64,000 nt of DNA, taken from assembly GCA_030390025.1 (NCBI GenBank), contig CM059433.1:10666001-10730000 (forward strand). Direction: 5' to 3'. Every line of letters begins with the position of its first letter. The first letter of the stretch is position 1. A program made the position numbers and the translations under genes. The notes beneath the pieces are model-generated. The model had not been told where the DNA came from and did not search any database. It saw nothing but the letters and a program-made list of their open reading frames with translations. Below are positions 24,995 through 36,875 of the stretch, in pieces. This DNA is from Squalus acanthias. Lineage: Eukaryota.

Positions 24995-27900
24995 CTACTT
25001 GTGCATTATTTTTCTTTTACGCGTGCTCCTACGTGGTGCTTCCCCTGTGGCTTCAGCAGATGTGGAGACCCCTTGCTCACTTTCTTGCTGCTCCTGCCTC
25101 GACACCTTTGGCGGGCGTCCTCTGGGGTTGCGAGCCTGTGAGGGCTCGGCAACAGTCTGCTGCTCCTGCGGCTGTGCAGGGGTTGAGACGCCGATCTCAG
25201 TTGGGTGAGGACTCTGGTGGGGCTCTGACCGAGGGCTTTGCAGTGGCTTGGTCATGTGAGTGCTTGGAGAGGAGCCCCCACTTCTTTGTTGTCTGCCACC
25301 AAGATCCCTCTCATGGGTCAGCCCCACCTCAGCGCTTGCAAGTGGATTGAGAGCACCTTGCTGCACATCAGGGGGGCCATGGGGACCCATATCTGCACTG
25401 GAAGTCCTACTCAGAAGGACTTCCATGAAGGTCTGGTTTCTATGTTAAACATAGAAACATAGAAAATAGGTGCAGGAGTAGACCATTCGGTCCTTCGAGC
25501 CTGCACCGCCATTCAATGCGTTCATGGCTGAACATGCTACCTCAGTACCCCATTCCTGCTTTCTCGCCATACCCCTTGATCCCCCTAGTTGTGAGTATTA
25601 TATCTAACTCCCTTTTGAATATATTTAGCGAACTGGCCTCAACAACCTTCTGTGGTAGAGAATTCCACAGATTCACCACTCTCTGGGTGAAGAAGTTCCT
25701 CCTCATCTCAGTCTTAAATGGCTTCCCCTTTATCCTTAGACTGTGACCCCTGGTTTTAGTTTTCCCTAACATTGGAAACATTCTGCCCGCATCTAATTTG
25801 TCTAAACCAGTCAGGATTTTAAACGTCTCTATAAGATCCCCCCTCATTCTTCTGAACTCCAGAGGATACAAGTTCAGTTGATCAGTCTTTCTTGATATGT
25901 CAGTCTGGCCATCCCAGGAATCAATCTAGTGAACCTTCGTTGCACTCCCTCAATAGCAAGAATGTCCTTCCTCAAGTTAGGAGACCAAAACTGCACACAA
26001 TACTCCAGGTGTGGCCTCACCAAGGCCCTGTACAACTGTAGCATCACCTCCCTACTCCTGTACTCAAATCCCCTTGCTATGAAGGCCATCATGCCATTTG
26101 CTTTCTTGACTGCCTGCTGCACTTGCCTTCCCACCTTCAGTGACTGATGTACCATGACGCCCAGGTCTCGTTGCACCTCCCCTTTCCCTAATCTGCCACC
26201 ATTCAGGTAATATTCTGCCTCCCTATTTTTACCACCAAAGTGGATAACCTCACATTTATCCACATTGTACTTCATCTGCCATACATTTGCCCATTCACCC
26301 AACCTGTCCAAGTCACTCTGTAGCCTCCTAGCATCCTCCTCATTGTTCACACTGCCTCCCAATTTAGTGTCATCCGCAAATTTGGATATATTACAATTAA
26401 TCCCTTCGTCCAAATCATTAATATATAATGTAAACAGCTGGGGCCCCAGCACCGAACCCTGCGGTACCCCGCTGGTCACTGCCTGCCATTCTGAAAAGTA
26501 CCCATTTACTCCTACTCTTTGTTTCCTGTGTGCCAACCAGTTCTCAATCCACGTCAACACATTACCCCCAATCCCATGTGCTTTAACTTTGCACACCAAT
26601 CTCTTGTGTGGGACCTTGTCGAAGGCCTTCTGAAAATCCAAATACACCACATCTACTGGTTCCCCCCCGTCCACCCTATTGGAAACATCCTCAAAAAATT
26701 CCAGAAGATTTGTCAAGCATGATTTCCCTATCACAAATCCATGCTGACTTGGACCTATCATGTCGCCACTTTCCAAATGGTCTGTTATGACATCTTTAAT
26801 AATTGATTCCATCATTTTACCCACCACCGATGTCAGGCTGACCAGTCTATAATTCCCTGCTTTCTCCCTCCCTCCTTTTTTAAAAAGAGTTCAATATATG
26901 ACCATCGCTCCTCAAGAGATGCCAGTCTATTCTGAACAATGACCATGTTTTCTACACACTGGTGACTTAACTCCTCCATAGCCATAGCCATCCTCTCCTC
27001 TACTGTAGCCATTCTTTCCACGGAGGTTGCCATCCTTTCCGTGGTGATGCGTTCATGCGCCAATGACTCCACAAAGGCTCTGCTCATGTTCGCTATGGAC
27101 TCCTCCATTCGCTCCACTCTCGCAGCGACCCTGGAGACAAAACCTGCCAGAGACTCCTGCATCTGTTCCTGAAGTTCCAGCACCGCTGATCTTATGGATG
27201 GACCCAGAGGCAGAGGGTCGACATACAGCTGAGCCGAGCTAGGAGAGTCCTGCGCCCTCTGACTAGGACTCTCCACTGCTGTCCCTGTCTCCACTATCTG
27301 CTGAGGCTCACTTGTGAGCTGTGATACACCAGGTGACAACACTACTCCATCTCGCAATGTTCCCTCCGAGGTGTGAGTGTCTGCGCTGGTGCTGGGTGCG
27401 CTGAATTCTGCTGACATGGTGCCCTCAGAGGTTGCAGCTTCCTCTGAGGAGCGGGGAGGCTCATGCTCTTCCTCCTGGACGGTGGGGACGGCTGCTCGCG
27501 ATGGTCCTGCGGGGGAGTAAAGGAAAGAGTCAGAGATGTGAGTCCAAGGTTACATGCACATTGCATATTGCAGATGATCATAAGTTAGTCTGCTGGAGCA
27601 TCAGAATCATTATCAGTGACTCATGCAATGTCAATGAGAGAGATGATAAACTATTCTGTCACCAGTTTGCTCTGATGCACCCGTCTGTCCGTCCCCCACT
27701 TGCGCATCCTCCTCCACTCCCATGATCTCCAGGACCGCCTCCTCCCAGGTGGTGAGCTGGGTTACTGAGGGTGACCCTCCTCCTGTCCTTGCTCTTTCCC
27801 TCTTATTGTGAGCTCTCTTTTCCTGCAATGAGGGAGACAAGTGGAGTTTGAGGGAGAATGAAGGAGTGAGTGTAGAGAATCTATATCATTGATGGTTAGA

Positions 27901-28405
27901 ATGAGACAAATTCGGAGTGAGGTGGCAAGACCATGGGCCCTCCCTGTGTGTTGTAAGTTGTTTTCATTGCATCACAGCGATAGGGAGTGTGAGGGCTGCA
28001 TAGTCGAATAGTTAGGTGAATGTGACCATACAGAGAGAGGGAATGGGTAAGGGTGCAGGGATGTCAGTGTCAAGTGGGATGAGGAGGAAGAGGTTTTCAA
28101 AGCTGAGTGCTGGTGAGGAGAGGCAATGGGGATCAGAATGAGGGTGATGGGAAATTCATACTCACTTTTCCAGTGCGCAGCAGGTCATGAAACCTCTTCC
28201 TGCACTGAAGCCAGCTTCTGCGGGTTATGGACAACGAGTTGACCTCCTCTGCCACCTGGATCCACACAGCCATGGTTTGATGGGAAGGCTTCTTCCTCCC
28301 TGAAGAAGGGAAGAGCACCTCCTTATTAGCTCTGGCTCCCTCAATTAAAGCTTGCAGGGCGACGTCATCAAATCGAGGTGCAGACCTAGGTCTCTGGCTG
28401 GCCAT
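24995..28405 (-). pseudogene. Harbinger Myb/SANT-like (trihelix) DNA-binding protein gene, 3 exons, disrupted by CR1
   Basis: Exon 1 28405-28166 (MASQRPRSAPRFDD...WLQCRKRFHDL, GTGAGT donor); exon 2 27822-27663 (EKRAHNKRERARTGGG); exon 3 27506-~26887 plus ~25447-24995 (...RRSTRKRKIMHK*); splice phases 0 and 1 are consistent. Confidence 0.88.
25448..26886 (-). mobile_element. Young CR1 LINE, 5'-truncated
   Basis: 317-aa RT ORF (QHGF, DFQKAFD, GVPQGSVLGP, FADD) plus C-terminal frame; (CTATGTTT)n tail. Confidence 0.96.
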
Positions 28406-29048
28406 TCTTCCTGCAGGTGCCTCTAACATGCAAAGGCAGAAGCTTGGCAGTCTGCAGAGGAAGCAAGGCTTGTTGCAGACCTTAAATGCTGCAGCAATGA
28501 TGACGTCATCGGAAGCAACTTTCAGACTGGAAAAACTCACTGGCCATGGGTTCCCACACGTTGGAACTCAATTGGCCAATTATGTTAAAATAGCATCAAT
28601 CTCCCACATCGATTTACATTCGGGTGGCTAACACGAAATGCGGATTACACGACCCCAGCCCGCCCCTGAATGAAAATCCAACCCAGGGCCTCTATGTACA
28701 TCATTGGGACCTTGATTTGCATAATAAAAGAATCTGCTGCCTGAAATAGATACTCAGCCGTGGGCCCCTTTCAGGATGGCATTGGCTGGATGGGGAGCGG
28801 GAAGGGGGACGTGAAGTTTGTAATTGTGATCTTTGGGATGTTACCGCCCCATTTCCACCTGACGGGGCCCAGTGAAAATCTTCCCCTACAAGTCCAAAAA
28901 CTTACCAACAGTGCACTTATTGCTTTAAGGCTGGGACGCAAACAGCAGGAACCATCTGATGGGGGGTGGGGGGTGGGGACAGGGGGGCAAGAGATGCACG
29001 TGCCTTACTGCCCAAATGGGGCTGCGGACTGGCTGATGGAGGAGCTGA

Positions 29049-29345
29049 AATAAAAACAGAAAATGCTGGAAATACTCAGCAGGTCAGGCAGCATCTGTGG
29101 AGAGAGAAACAGAGTCAACGTTTCAGGTCGATGACCCTTTGTCAGAACTGGAAAAAGTTGGAGATGGAGCAGGTTTTTAAGCAAGTGCAGGGGCAGGGAG
29201 AGGGGGGAGGGGAGGAAAGAACAAAAGGGAAGGTCTGTGATAGGATGGAAGGCAGGAGAGATTAAGAGACAAAAGGGATGATGGTGCAAGGCAAAAGGAG
29301 ATGGTAATGGGACAAGTTAAGAAACAAAAGATGGCTCTAGATGAA
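29049..29345 (-). mobile_element. Penelope-like terminal-repeat fragment with mutated hammerhead
   Basis: Reverse complement AGTT-CTGACAA-AGGGTC-ATC-GACCT-GAAA-CG-TT-GACT then ctctccacagatgctgcctgacctgctgag. Confidence 0.8.
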
Positions 29346-29364
29346 ATGTAAATGGCACTGGCAG

Positions 29365-29748
29365 AATGATCGACAGCTGCCATGTGAGAGAGAGAAAAAA
29401 ACATGGATTTACAGGTCTCTCCAGGCCGAGATTCAAGACTGCAATGAGCAGGGTGTGGCTGGAGAGCAAGATCGAGCCTCCCCTTTAAGAACTGGCCGGC
29501 GCCATTGTGTCTGTGTTCCATTGCTGACTGACATCACATGAGCTTCGCCCGCTCTCTGAGGTAGCGCCTCGCTCCTCGGCATTAGCACCGAAAAAGAGGT
29601 GTGTAGTGCCTGATTAAGCGCTCAAATCACCTCCAGGGGCGATGGAGGCCAACTTTGCAGTCGGAGGCGATAATTAGCGCCGGGCGTTAAACTTTGCAGC
29701 ACGGCCGATAGTTGCGCCCCAAACGGGGTGATACCGAATTCCTCCCCC
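29365..29748 (-). mobile_element. Arm of the 8523-9415 MITE family
   Basis: Homologous internal segment (translates MEHRHNGAGQFLKG vs MEHTHNGTGQFLKG); GAATTCCTCCCCC end. Confidence 0.8.
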
Positions 29749-30079
29749 ATGATTTCTTAATAAAATGGAGGAGAGAAATGCAACATAAACTATAATATTT
29801 ACATTGTTTTACATTAGTGTCATTTTTGTAAAGTAAGAAGAAAAAAATGGATAGGTTGATTTAAAAAAAGTTTTGCTTTGACATTAGACGTGCTTGTGCC
29901 AGGGACAGACAGTCAGTTTACAGAGTTTAGTGGGAAGGAGGTGGACTTGTATATGAAAGGGGTTCTTTGAATAGAGAACAGGAGAAGATTAAAACTGAAA
30001 ATAATGCAGAAACATGAACAAAGCAAACAACTCAGTCAGTTACAAGAAGTATCAGCAAGAGAACGGTACACTGATATGT

Positions 30080-30607
30080 TCACCGTCCTCGGCCTCTTAC
30101 ACTGTTCCACGGAAGCTCAGCGTAAGCTCGAGGAACAGCACCTCATCTTTCGTTTAGGCACTTTACAGCCTTCCGGACTCAATATCGAGTTCAACAATTT
30201 CAGACCATAACCTCGGGCCCCACCACATATATATACATTTTATCCACCCTTTTGGTTCGTGCCTTTTTCCTTTTTTTTCTCTCTCTCCCACTACGGCAGC
30301 TGTCTCTCATTCTGCCAGCATTTCACACTTCACCTTTTGTTTCTTAAACCTGTCCCATTACCATCTTGTCTTGCATTGAGCATCTCTTAATGTCTCTACT
30401 TACCATAGTTAGCCCCCCCCCCTCCCCCCAGCCTCCCCCTTGCATTTTTATCTGTTTCATTTCCTGCTCTTTTCTCAGTTCTGACGAAGGGTTTCGACCT
30501 GAAACGTTAACTCTGTTTCTCTCTCCACGGATGCTGCCTGGCCTGCTGAGTTTTTCCAGCGTTTTCTGTTGTTGTTTCAATTTTCCAGCATCCGCAGTAT
30601 TTTGCTA
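30080..30607 (+). mobile_element. Penelope-like element 3' end (GIY-YIG C-terminus plus terminal repeat)
   Basis: RKLEEQHLIFRLGTLQPSGLNIEF; downstream hammerhead. Confidence 0.88.
30477..30512 (+). ncRNA. Minimal type I hammerhead ribozyme motif
   Basis: AGTT-CTGACGA-A-GGGT-TTCG-ACCT-GAAA-CG-TT-AACT; intact core, stems I and II pair. Confidence 0.8.
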
Positions 30608-30664
30608 TCGTATTAATGTTCCACCGTGGGTTCGGGCCATGATTCCCTGCATGGTGACTATTTA

Positions 30665-30807
30665 GGCCACGATTTCCCCTACCTCGGCGGGTTCAGTGCG
30701 GCCGGAGTCGGTGGCGGGTCCCGAACTCGCTGTCAAAATAAATAAAATTTTCCCCCACCCGACCCACCACCAAACGCACCCGCTGACCCCCCCGAAAAAT
30801 ACCCCCC
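30665..30807 (-). mobile_element. 143-bp Harbinger MITE with TTA TSD
   Basis: tta|GGCCACGATTTCCCCTACCTCGG...GAAAAATACCCCCC|tta; ends match 34828-36611 in inverted orientation. Confidence 0.85.
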
Positions 30808-31074
30808 TTAATCTCATTTGGACTCACGAATTCCCAGGGCTCTACTGAAGCCATCCTCTGCGGTGAAATGGGTTAAAAGATTTAAAGGGCGCTTTGTTCA
30901 GGAGAGAAGGAGAAGGGGGGGGGCGAAGGAAACTTGGGGGATAAGTTAACCTTGGCTGCTTTCGCTCAATTGTTAACCAGTTGCCTGGGAACAGGTCCCT
31001 TTGGGCTGGAAAATGAGAAGTAGTGAATGTTGTAGGGGTGGGTGGAAAGGGGAGAAACTTAAGCCTATAAAAAG

Positions 31075-31430
31075 TTCCCTCAGTGGGTCAGTGCATAAAT
31101 GTGACATATGATGTGATTCTGGCTAGTCAAACTCGGAAGGACTAGTTCCGTGCTGACCAATCTGAAGAGGCCTCTGAACCCCGGGCAAGACAAAAAATGG
31201 CAAGGGATGCTATCTTTGATAGCTGTTGGGAGTGTGCATTCGGGGGCTTCAGATCAGGACAGGATAAGGCTCAGGCGTGCTGTCCCATTGTCGAATTGTC
31301 CATTGACACTCACTGCTCAGGTGCAGCATGAAGATTGTCACTCGGTGAGATGGAGTGATGCCATTGCCCATGTATCCCAGTATGAGTTAATACCTTCAGG
31401 AGCAGAGGAGCAGGAGGAAGTCATCGGGGA
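31075..31430 (+). mobile_element. Ancient degenerate SINE-like repeat (unclassified family, many copies in window)
   Basis: Core ~cactcactgtctaggctcacacatgaagaatggccacttggg recurs at 1-25, ~5500 (-), ~37110, ~53860, ~55850, ~62480/62980 (-), ~63980. Confidence 0.6.
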
Positions 31431-32458
31431 AAAAGTAATTTGCATTAAATTAATTAAATTAATTAAATTACAAGCCGGGAAACATATTGGATATTACTTA
31501 CTATTGAGAACAAAATCATTTCAAATTTAGTTTAAACAGGAATGCAACATAGGAAAAATAAAAAGATTTTCTGCTGATATTAATGGTTGATATTTTTAAT
31601 CTTTACCAAATGTGATAGCACGGTTATTTCACTTAAAGAGAATAGTTGCCTCCCATTCATATTCAATAAAATCAGATCCATTAACTGGACAAATGTGGTA
31701 TGCAAAGCTTCAGTCATTATAAACAATTATTCCTGCTTGTACTGTGGTTTCCGACTTGGAGCAGCATTCAGACATAATGTATTGCTTGTACCTTAATGTC
31801 AGCGCTGGTAATCTGGTGATTAATTATCTGGCTGCACTGTAGTGCTTAAAATAATCTAAATGCATGGTTAAATTAGTTAATCGAAAAAAATGTCGGTAAT
31901 GTGAATACGGTTCCACCAGAACATTGCTGTCATCGCTGTAATTGACAGCATAAGTGGGTCAGCGGAGTGGCTGGCCTCTGTTAATTTATTTTCACAGACA
32001 CGCTGTACATATTCATGAGGTCCTACTGTTCGTCTGTCACCTTAAATAATCTTACCTTGTATTCCAAGCTTGTTGTGAATAAAGCTACGATTTGAAAAGA
32101 GTCCCAGTTTGGGATGAGTTCATTTGTAATACTGATTCCCAGTTCCAATCTAAGTGTACCACTTACCAAATGTGCTTCGCAATTTGTCTTTAATAAAAAT
32201 CTCTTTGCTATTCTGCTTCACAGCACACTGCGCACTGTATAAAAGTCAGGCATTTTGACATTTATTTGATTCATCATAATTTGTATTTGATTTATAGACT
32301 GTTACCACCCTAGACTGACTATTTTAAGTTGCTCATTCTTATTAAGAAAATGAAATGCTTAATGTGCTGAGATGAATCAATATGCACCATGAATTAAACA
32401 ATATACAATACAACAAGCATTCATTTCAACAGTAAAGCAATGACTGCATCTAGAGAGA

Positions 32459-32933
32459 AAGAAAGAAGAAAGGAATACTTGCATTTATATAGCGCCTTTC
32501 ACGGCCACCGGACGTCTCGAAGCTCTTTACAGCCAATGAAGTACTATTTGGAGTGGAGTCACTGTTGGAATGTGGGAAACGTAGCGGCCAATTTGTGCAC
32601 AGCAAGCTCCCACAAACAGCAACATGAAAATGACCAGATAATCTGTTTTTGTTATTTTGATTGAGGGATAAATGTTTGCCAGGACACCAGGGATAACTCC
32701 CCTGCTCTTCTTCAAAATAGTGGCCATGGGGATCTTTTACGTCCACCTGAGAGCAGACGGGGCCTCGGTTTAACGTCTCATCCGAAAGACGGCACCTCCG
32801 ACAGTGCAGCGCTCCCTCAGCACTGGAGTGTCAGCCTAGCTTTATGTGCTCAGGTCCTGTGGAGTGGGACATGAACCCACAACCTTCTAACATCAGAGGC
32901 AAGTGTGCTACCCACTGAGCCACAGCTGAACAC
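32459..32933 (-). mobile_element. SacSINE1-like SINE
   Basis: Full-length reverse copy. Confidence 0.92.
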
Positions 32934-33357
32934 TAAACATCTACTGGCATGCAAGTGCAAAATGCAACACTTTCCAATGTTGTTTTCATCAATTGGGAAG
33001 CGATATTAATATTTGATGTGTCATATTTGATTTCCACATTAAGTGCATAATCTCCATTAACAATGCAATAATTGAAATAATTACAGAAAATGATTAAGTG
33101 ATTCTATAATTGAATGACGAGCGACTAAGGTGAAAGTAATTATGAGACAGACAATTGCTGCAGTACAGCTGTCACTTGTGACCTGACTTATTTTGCAAAA
33201 CAACTTCAACAAGATGGGTAAAGAATGAGGAAAAGGAAACATTTCTTTAAATAATGCAAGCCTGCCGTCAGCAACATTTCAAAATTCATCTTGGATTAAA
33301 GAGAAGTGGTGTCTGAATAGACAGTGAAATGTTTGGCAGCTAACAGTCTCCCACGGA

Positions 33358-33574
33358 GGCCCAGATTTTCAGATCAGCGCACATCTCCAGAGGGCAGGAC
33401 TTCCACCTATTGCGGAGATGACACCCTGACCCCCCCCCCACCAGCTGTATTTCCGGCTCCCAGGATAATTTGCACCTGGGGAGTTGGACCAGACTGGGGG
33501 TGCTGCCACAGCAGGATGAAGACGCAACTGCTGAGCTGCATATAGGAATCTTGTTCGGTCCAAATTTTGTCCCC
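33358..33574. mobile_element. Degenerate MITE
   Basis: GGCCCAGATTTT...AAATTTTGTCCCC ends. Confidence 0.45.
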
Positions 33575-34210
33575 TAGTAATGAGACCAATGGAAGGCCAC
33601 ATTTTGAGAGCACGGGCACAAGTCCCTTACCCAATAAACACCCAAAGCCCCTTCCGCCAACCTTAGAACAATGGACGCTGGAGCTTAACACGCTGTCTCA
33701 TGTCCAGCGTTCAATCAGAGCAAATAGTGGGAAACTCTCTCATTAGCATATACCCTCTCACATCAGGTCAGGGGCGGGTTATGCCACTGTCCTGCTGCTT
33801 GAAATGTGGTGGGAGGTGTAGACACTGTAGACTTTGCCCATAAGCAATTTTATGGCCAGATTCTTCACAAAACCAGCTAGAAAACCCATGCTAGGGAGTA
33901 CAGCACATAGGAAGTTTTGATTCTGCTGTTTTCAACTTGAAGGAAATTGTATAACTCACCAGTGATTAAGTTGTGAGTATGTCACAAATGGAATAACTTA
34001 ATAACCTCTATTATAATTGTCTGCATGTTCCAATGTCATGGTTCTGTTACAATAAATTTACTTTTCCATTAAAAAAAAGTTCCTTTTAAATTTTCTGTCC
34101 TGAAGACACTTTTCCTGGGGTTGCTATCCTTGAAGCTACCATCCTTATGGCACGTTGAACAAACCTGATCGGTGTGGTTCAGTTCCACAGTGGTAGCACA
34201 TTTACCAACT

Positions 34211-34342
34211 AGGACTGATGAAAGATCATTGACCTGAAACAGTAACCCTACCATCGTCTCTCCACAGATGCTGCCTGACCTGCTGTGTGTTTCCTGCGTT
34301 TTCGGTTTTTATTTCTAATTTCCAGGATCTGATTTTTGCTTC
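34211..34342 (+). mobile_element. Degenerate Penelope terminal-repeat fragment
   Basis: CTGATGA...GACCTGAAAC then ctctccacagatgctgcctgacctgctg. Confidence 0.7.
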
Positions 34343-34827
34343 ATTGTTTAATTCACTGCCACTCCTCTTTCAGGAACACCCACCTTGAAGAAGTTCTGCT
34401 CTTCCCTTTGACGTGATTTTCATTTGCCTTCGTTGATATCGGTTTCCCTTCTTGTGTTTGATTGTGTGTTCACTAAAATTGGCTTTCACAGCCACATCTC
34501 TTTTCTCAGCAACTGTGGTTGGCCCCGACTCATTCCACAAGGATTCCAGCATAAATTCCACCCTTCCTGTTTCATATCCACCCTTGATCATTGATATATC
34601 TGTGATATTCAGCGTAACTCTAACCAATGTTCTCACCACTTCATGAGATCCACCCACTCCACCGTCCATCATCCCATGTATGCCTTTGGCTATTCTCTTC
34701 AGCAGCACCGACTCACTTTACTTCAGAGCCGTCCTGGTCCCCAGTTCCATTTCATCCTTCTCCTCGTCCGGCGCATTATTACAAAAGTTTTTTCTTCCTT
34801 TCAGGTGGCAAGCTGCAATGACTCTTC

Positions 34828-36611
34828 GGGGGGAATTTTTCGGGGGGTCAGTGGATGCGTTCGGTGGCAGGTTGGGTTGGAACATTTTTTTTGACAGCGG
34901 GTCAGGAACCCGCTGTCAAGCCGCCGCCACACGACTTTCCCAGATGTCGGGTCTGTCAGGGCTGAACAGACCCGACACGCAGCGGCGGGGGAGGCCATTC
35001 AGGTCATTATGATTTTGTTAACAGCCCATTAAAAAGTATTTTGAGCTCACCTTTACATTTTACGAGGTCGCCCACGGGGTCCACGCTGCTCGGGGATCAC
35101 ATCAGGTAAGGAGGTTGGGAGTTGTATCACCATGGAATCATCTCATTACTTGACAGCTGCAAATGTGCTATAAAAGCTCCCATCTCACAGCTGTTCACTT
35201 TCCAAGCTCAGAAGCTGTTGCTTACTGCATTTGGAAGACAGATTGAGCTTTATGCAGGTTGCAAGTGTTTGGAACAAACTCTCTATCCAATGTCACCTCA
35301 TTGTAACAACCTCTCTCATCATTGACAGATCGCTTCTGTCATCTCAAGTTCACCTGCCATCTATTACATCAGCATCAGTGCCCTTGAAACTATCTCACCT
35401 TGGTCCTCGGAATCCCACCACGATCAGCCCCAACACCAGCAGCACCAGGCACACCAGCAGCACCAACAACAACACCAACCTTCTCTGCAATCAACTGATG
35501 CTGCATAGGACACAGGGCATCAGCACCCAGCCACATTGCTGCCCAGGAGGCCAGGGATGGCCTCATCATGGCTAGATTTACTTCACTTGATGCTGTACAC
35601 CCTGGCTGCCACATTATGTGCCAGGTTGGCACCATTCCACACCAACACCATAAAGCATCACGATAATGCCCAAGCCATTCCTTTCACACTCATCACCATT
35701 GCGGGGGGTACCATTATGTCTCACCATTCACTGCCACTCACTAAGCCACTTCCAAAGGTGCACACAAATCTATCCAAGAACGCAAAGTGTTGAAAATAAA
35801 GATTTCAATGTTTGACACCACATTAACAGAAACTTCACATGAACATTGGCTAAAACAACCAAGTGTCTACCCTTGTGTGTTGTTAGTTGGTATGATTGGA
35901 CTTGGATGAGGGTGAGTGTGAGGAGTGGCTAGTGAGATGGGAAAGTGATAATGTAGATAGAGAGGGATGGGTGGAGGTGCAAGGTAAGTTGGTGTGAGTA
36001 AGGATGTGCAGGAGTAGGGTAGGGAAGGCACAGTGATGGGGATGTGATGAGTGGCACAGGAGGATGAGGTTGAGTGTGGCTTTGCAGTAACGTTTCATGA
36101 GCTACTGAGATCATTGAAAGGTTTGTGCCATTGCAGCCTGGTCCTCCTGATGACATCCCTGCTTGTGCCCTCTTGTGCAATGTGCAACCAGGCTGCGTTG
36201 GTCTCCTGGGGAGGTCTCTTCCACCTATTGGAAGGGAAGAGGACCTCCCTGCGTGCTGTGACTCCCTCTATAAGCATATGGAGGGCGTCATGGGAGAGCC
36301 TGGGTGCAGCCGTGCACCTCTGTGCAGTGTTTGTCAGTGTTTGCAGCACCTCAATGCTGTAAAACACTGACAACACAATTGTCAAAATCAATTTAGCCAT
36401 GGCCCCTTTAAGGAAACCGGCTGATGACGCGTCATCAAATGACGTCATCAGACCCGCTTCCTTTAATTCGCCAGCAAATGCGCTGGGCAGGCTTAACAAG
36501 CCCAATCAACGTAAAATCATTCTGCAGAGCAGGCTGGAGCCAGCAGCGAGGTCGGGACCCGCCACCGACGTCGCCCACCACGGACCTGCCGAGGTAGGGG
36601 AAATCGCGGCG
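34828..36611. mobile_element. Internally deleted Harbinger element
   Basis: Minus-strand Myb/SANT remnant AAPRLSHDALHMLIEGV...WLHIAQE...RLQWHKPFNDL; plus-strand CAG/CAC-rich stub; ends shared with MITE 30665-30807. Confidence 0.82.
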
Positions 36612-36724
36612 TTAGATGCCAACGCCCCTCCTGATCCCTTTTCGCCTTCATATTTCTTCTGACTCCATCCCTCCTTCTAACTCACCCCTGGTCATATTTT
36701 CACCACCCCCACTGACCTTCCCCT

Positions 36725-36875
36725 TGTAGTTCTGGCGAAAAGTCATTGACCTGAAATGTTAACTCTAGCTTCTCTCTCTCTCTCTCTCTCCACGGAAGCT
36801 GCCGGACTTGCTGAGTGTTTCCAGCTTTTCCTGCTTTTCTTTCAGATTTCCAGCGTCTGCAGTATTTTGCTTTTA
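36725..36875 (+). mobile_element. Degenerate Penelope terminal-repeat fragment
   Basis: AGTT-CTGGCGA...GACCTGAAATGTTAACT; same downstream sequence as the 30477 copy. Confidence 0.7.

Larger units (their letters stand above)
23984..28886. mobile_element. PIF/Harbinger element with deleted transposase and retained Myb/SANT gene (CR1 inserted)
   Basis: TIR-like GGGGCAGAATTTTCATTG / CAGTGAAAATCTTCCCC, both flanked by taca; convergent Q-rich putative transposase N-terminal stub (24515-24736, +) and Myb gene (-). Confidence 0.85.

Noticed and set aside
29049..30607. Single Penelope with inverted terminal repeats
   Set aside because: The two repeats are clearly diverged and separated by unrelated DNA; more likely independent insertions
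34370..34708. ORFs of 90-140 aa here and at 18623-19048, 38505-38909 and 53036-53320
   Set aside because: No recognisable domains or consistent splice structure; lengths are compatible with chance
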